IMG/VR virus record: IMGVR_UViG_3300031759_000004
Span: 1-64,000 of that record
Origin: an uncultured virus (IMG/VR IMGVR_UViG_3300031759_000004)
Lineage: Duplodnaviria > Heunggongvirae > Uroviricota > Caudoviricetes
DNA length: 64,000 nucleotides
Strand: one strand, 5' to 3'
The notes below the pieces were generated by a model. It searched no databases. It saw only the letters and a program-made list of their open reading frames with translations, and had not been told where the DNA came from. Positions within the stretch are counted from its first letter, which is position 1. Each line of letters starts with the position of its first letter. This document shows, piece by piece, positions 60,903 to 64,000 of the stretch. The translations under genes and the position numbers were made by a program.

Positions 60903-62117
60903 ATGAGCGAAAATCTACCGGCGGGAATGACGCACGTTTCAGGCTACTTCAACGGTGCCAAGTGGCCGATCCACCTGGTCATTTCCCGACTAAACATCAC
61001 TTTGTATTTGAAGCCAGGCGAGTACGTTCTGGATCGCGCGGATCAGAAGATTAACGACCCGTACCTGGAAATTTATGCGGACGCCAAGCAGCTGAGCCGC
61101 GAGCTGTCGGAGACGCCGGTGCCGATCAACGGCATCCCGGTAGTGGCCAACCAGCAGCCGCAGGTTTCCGCCAACCCGGTTCAGGCCACGTCCAAGTTCG
61201 AGCTGAATTCCAAGGGCCAGCGCGCGCCGGTCATGCCCAAAGCCGTATTCAGGCCGCCGGTGGCCGCCGACGCCAATCCGATCAAGGCCATGTCCATGGA
61301 CGAGGCGCGCAGGCAGGGCCTGGTGCGCCGGGTGCGCGAAGTGCCAGAGGATTACGGGGACACGGACACCTCGGGCCGCCCCAACAATAATCCGCCGTCG
61401 ATCAAGTACGCGATTGATCCCAGCATGCTCAAGAAACCGGCCCCGCTGCCCAGCCATCTGACGCAGGTGGAAAGCGGCGCATCCAACGTGCCGACCCGCA
61501 ACATGCTGATCCAGCAGATGGCCAAAAGCTCGTCGTCAGCCGCCGCCCCGGAGTCCGCCACGGCGCTGCTCCGCGAAGCCCAGGCCAATCCGACGCAGGC
61601 GGCACCGGTCGCGCCACCGCCCACACCTTTCGGCAACCAGGCCACCATGCACGCACCGGCGGATTCACCGCTGCGCGCCGGGCAGCCAAAGCCCCGGCGC
61701 TTAAAAGCTACGCCTGCGAGCCAGCCTGTTATCCCGGCCACAGCCGTACCGCAGTCGGTGATCCGGAATACGGTGTCACCCGGGTTGAACCAGGAAATTG
61801 AGCCGGAACTGGAACCGGAAACCCAGGAGGCGGAGCCGGTGATTACCTTGGCGGATGAAAAGCAGCTCAACGAAGGCATGGCGCTGCCAGAGCCGGAGTT
61901 GACGGAGTTGAACGACGACGTCACCCCGGTCACCGCCGGGGAGGAGCCTGCGCCACCGCCGCTTAAGCCGCTCACGCCTGCGGATCAGTTTGTCTGCGCC
62001 CTGTGCGGCGCGCAGTTCAAGTTTCGCTCACAGTTGACCAAGCACGCGCGGGCCAAGCATCCGGACAACATGCACGAGGTGCTGGCGGCCTATCCGGAGG
62101 ACCCGCAGGCGGTTTGA
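60903..62117 (+). CDS. Pro/Ala-rich protein with a C-terminal C2H2 zinc finger
   Basis: FVCALCGAQFKFRSQLTKHARAKH; start MSENL 8 nt behind GTTCT. Confidence 0.75.
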   Translation: MSENLPAGMTHVSGYFNGAKWPIHLVISRLNITLYLKPGEYVLDRADQKINDPYLEIYADAKQLSRELSETPVPINGIPVVANQQPQVSANPVQATSKFELNSKGQRAPVMPKAVFRPPVAADANPIKAMSMDEARRQGLVRRVREVPEDYGDTDTSGRPNNNPPSIKYAIDPSMLKKPAPLPSHLTQVESGASNVPTRNMLIQQMAKSSSSAAAPESATALLREAQANPTQAAPVAPPPTPFGNQATMHAPADSPLRAGQPKPRRLKATPASQPVIPATAVPQSVIRNTVSPGLNQEIEPELEPETQEAEPVITLADEKQLNEGMALPEPELTELNDDVTPVTAGEEPAPPPLKPLTPADQFVCALCGAQFKFRSQLTKHARAKHPDNMHEVLAAYPEDPQAV

Positions 62118-62202
62118 TCTTGGTGACTTTGGGGTCCGGGAAAGTGCGGTCGTTATTCGCTGCGACCGCACTTTTGTTTTTTCAAATCGTAGTTAGGCCA
62201 CT

Positions 62203-62964
62203 ATGGCAACCAGCAACGCTAGCGAGCCGCGAGTGACAGCGGCTCAAAGCCCCGACACGCTGCCTCTGCGCGGCTACGCCGTGGAGCAGCTGGCCAACTA
62301 CATCATGCGTCAGCTTGGCGCGCCGACCTGGAACGTCGAGCTGACCAACCAGCAAATTTACGACTGCATCCAGGACTCCTTGGGTTTGATTTCTCAGTGG
62401 GTCCCTTTGACGAAAGTTGGCACCCTCCCGCTCGTACGGGGCCAATTCAAATATCTACAAGGAGTGGACGTCGGCCTTGGCGTAGCTCGTATCGACTTTG
62501 TCGAACCCAACCCAGTCCCCACTGAGATTTTTTATGGCAACCTGATCAACCCCGCGCCGCTGTTTCGGACCGGGTTGGACGAGTACGACACCTTTCTGCG
62601 CTGGCGCAAAACCTGGCAGCGGGTCACGTCCATCAGGCCCGACTGGTTTTACGACGAAGTCGAAGAGGCCCTGTACATCCACAATCCGATTGAGCGCTAT
62701 CAGGCGGGCGTGATCTGCTACTTCCCGCAGACGGACACCACCAAGCTGAACCTGACGGCGGCAGACTGGGTCAAGCGCATGTCACTGGCCAAGTCCCGTT
62801 TGCTGCTGGGCGAAGTGTGGATGAAATTTTCTGGCGCAATTCCGGGGCCGATGCAGAACATCCAGCTGGACCAGACGAAGCGGGAGAAGGCCCAGGAAGA
62901 AGTGGACCGGCTGATGGAGCAGCTCAAAGGCATGCAGCTGTCTACACCAGCCATGATCGACTGA
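62203..62964 (+). CDS. Neck/head-completion protein (T4 gp13-like)
   Basis: YIMRQLGAP..NVELT..Q..DCI..SL; WVKR..LA..R..LG...KFSG.IPG. Confidence 0.82.
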   Translation: MATSNASEPRVTAAQSPDTLPLRGYAVEQLANYIMRQLGAPTWNVELTNQQIYDCIQDSLGLISQWVPLTKVGTLPLVRGQFKYLQGVDVGLGVARIDFVEPNPVPTEIFYGNLINPAPLFRTGLDEYDTFLRWRKTWQRVTSIRPDWFYDEVEEALYIHNPIERYQAGVICYFPQTDTTKLNLTAADWVKRMSLAKSRLLLGEVWMKFSGAIPGPMQNIQLDQTKREKAQEEVDRLMEQLKGMQLSTPAMID

Positions 62965-62965
62965 C

Positions 62966-63808
62966 GTGAACAAGTACAATCCAAAAGGTCTGCGCCGCGA
63001 CCACCGGGGCCGCCTCCTGGACAAATGGGGCCGCACAATGGAAGTGGACTGGGACGAATTCGAGAAGCGCCGCCGGACACCCGGCAAGCCGCTGAAATAC
63101 CCGCAGGTAGTCAACCCGCTGCATGCGGCGGCCAAGCTCAAGTCGACCGTTGAGGCCGTAAACTTTGACGATCCGGATCAGCTGCTGACGCGTTTTACCA
63201 ACTTTGTCGTTTTCACTGAAGTGCAGAAGCGCAACCACCGCTTCCAGTCGTACATGCTGAAGTATTACTACACCGACAGGGTGTGCTCGTACGGTGAAGG
63301 GCACGAGGGACACTGGACAATTCACGAGCCGTGGGCTAAGCGTTTTCTAACGGTTAAGGCAGCTGAAGCTGCCATAATGGAAATCATCAAAGGTCAGCGC
63401 TACATGGACATTTTCTTGGCCTGGGACGACCCGCGCGGCTATCAAATAGCCGAAGTTTCGCCGAACGGCACTGACATTGTGCGCCGCGTGCCTCACCAGC
63501 TTCGGCATCCGCAGGCGCGCACGGCGGAGTCCATTGTAGACGCTCTCCTGGAGAGCAACCTGGAGGACCGGCTGATGGCCGTGGCCCGGAAGATCAAGCA
63601 CTGCGGCGACTACGGCTGCCTGTTTTACCACCCGGGACTGAAGACGGTCCACTGGACTGCCGCCGACTCTGATGGTTCTCCGGACTTTACTGACTTGGAC
63701 GAGATTAAAAAGATGCTGAAGCTGCCGGGTGTGGAGGAGGTTGTGATCGGCGACGAGTGGTCGCCAGGCAAGGAAAAAGGCTACCAGCGCTTGCGCTATG
63801 AAAGCTGA
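62966..63808 (+). CDS. Hypothetical protein with an internal TAESIVDALLES tag
   Basis: Coupled to the neck gene. Confidence 0.7.
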   Translation: MNKYNPKGLRRDHRGRLLDKWGRTMEVDWDEFEKRRRTPGKPLKYPQVVNPLHAAAKLKSTVEAVNFDDPDQLLTRFTNFVVFTEVQKRNHRFQSYMLKYYYTDRVCSYGEGHEGHWTIHEPWAKRFLTVKAAEAAIMEIIKGQRYMDIFLAWDDPRGYQIAEVSPNGTDIVRRVPHQLRHPQARTAESIVDALLESNLEDRLMAVARKIKHCGDYGCLFYHPGLKTVHWTAADSDGSPDFTDLDEIKKMLKLPGVEEVVIGDEWSPGKEKGYQRLRYES

Positions 63809-64000
63809 AGCCATAGTGGCCACCCTCCTGGAAGTGGCGGACCCGGACGACCTCGATCCGCTGGCGTACGCCGACGCCACCGTGAATCCGCAGCCCAACA
63901 CGGACACCGATCCGGAGCGGCTGACGCGGGCGCTCCGCGACGCCCTGGTGGAGCGCGGCTGGCGCAACATCCGCGTGTTTCCGCCCGAGGAAGAAGGTGT
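63798..64000 (+). CDS. Tagged hypothetical protein, truncated by the window (MKAEAIVATLLEVADPDDLDP)
   Basis: ATG at 63798, open to the window end. Confidence 0.7.
   Translation, partial: MKAEAIVATLLEVADPDDLDPLAYADATVNPQPNTDTDPERLTRALRDALVERGWRNIRVFPPEEEG

Overview
A GC-rich, gene-dense segment of what looks like a large, jumbo-type tailed phage with scrambled gene order. Structural genes: T4 gp6-like baseplate wedge, gp13-like neck protein, and a >2,050-aa Gly-Tyr-Thr collagen-like fibre that runs off the left edge and is missing from the ORF track. Replication genes: family-A DNA polymerase with an N-terminal UDG-like domain, DnaB-like and DinG-like helicases, NAD-dependent ligase, RusA-like resolvase. 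There are also many accessory enzymes. The main non-obvious signals are: (1) a Ro60/TROVE gene preceded by an RNA operon with four Y RNAs (two minimal, one YrlA-type tRNA mimic, one ~247-nt multi-stem), a CCA-ended tRNA-like RNA, an initiator-like tRNA-Met and a Ro-site-like hairpin in the ro60 leader; (2) an amber-suppressor tRNA(CUA) without visible TAG recoding; (3) a shared 'IV..LLE + acidic linker' tag on about 15-20 unrelated small proteins, a candidate capsid-targeting/protease signal; (4) a glycosyltransferase carrying the same beta-rich domain that is embedded twice in the collagen fibre; (5) three classes of start-proximal motif (sigma70-like, GTTCT, GTAnTTA) implying mostly leaderless mRNAs; (6) orphan structured RNAs. 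All protein calls are motif recognition by eye, with no database searches.
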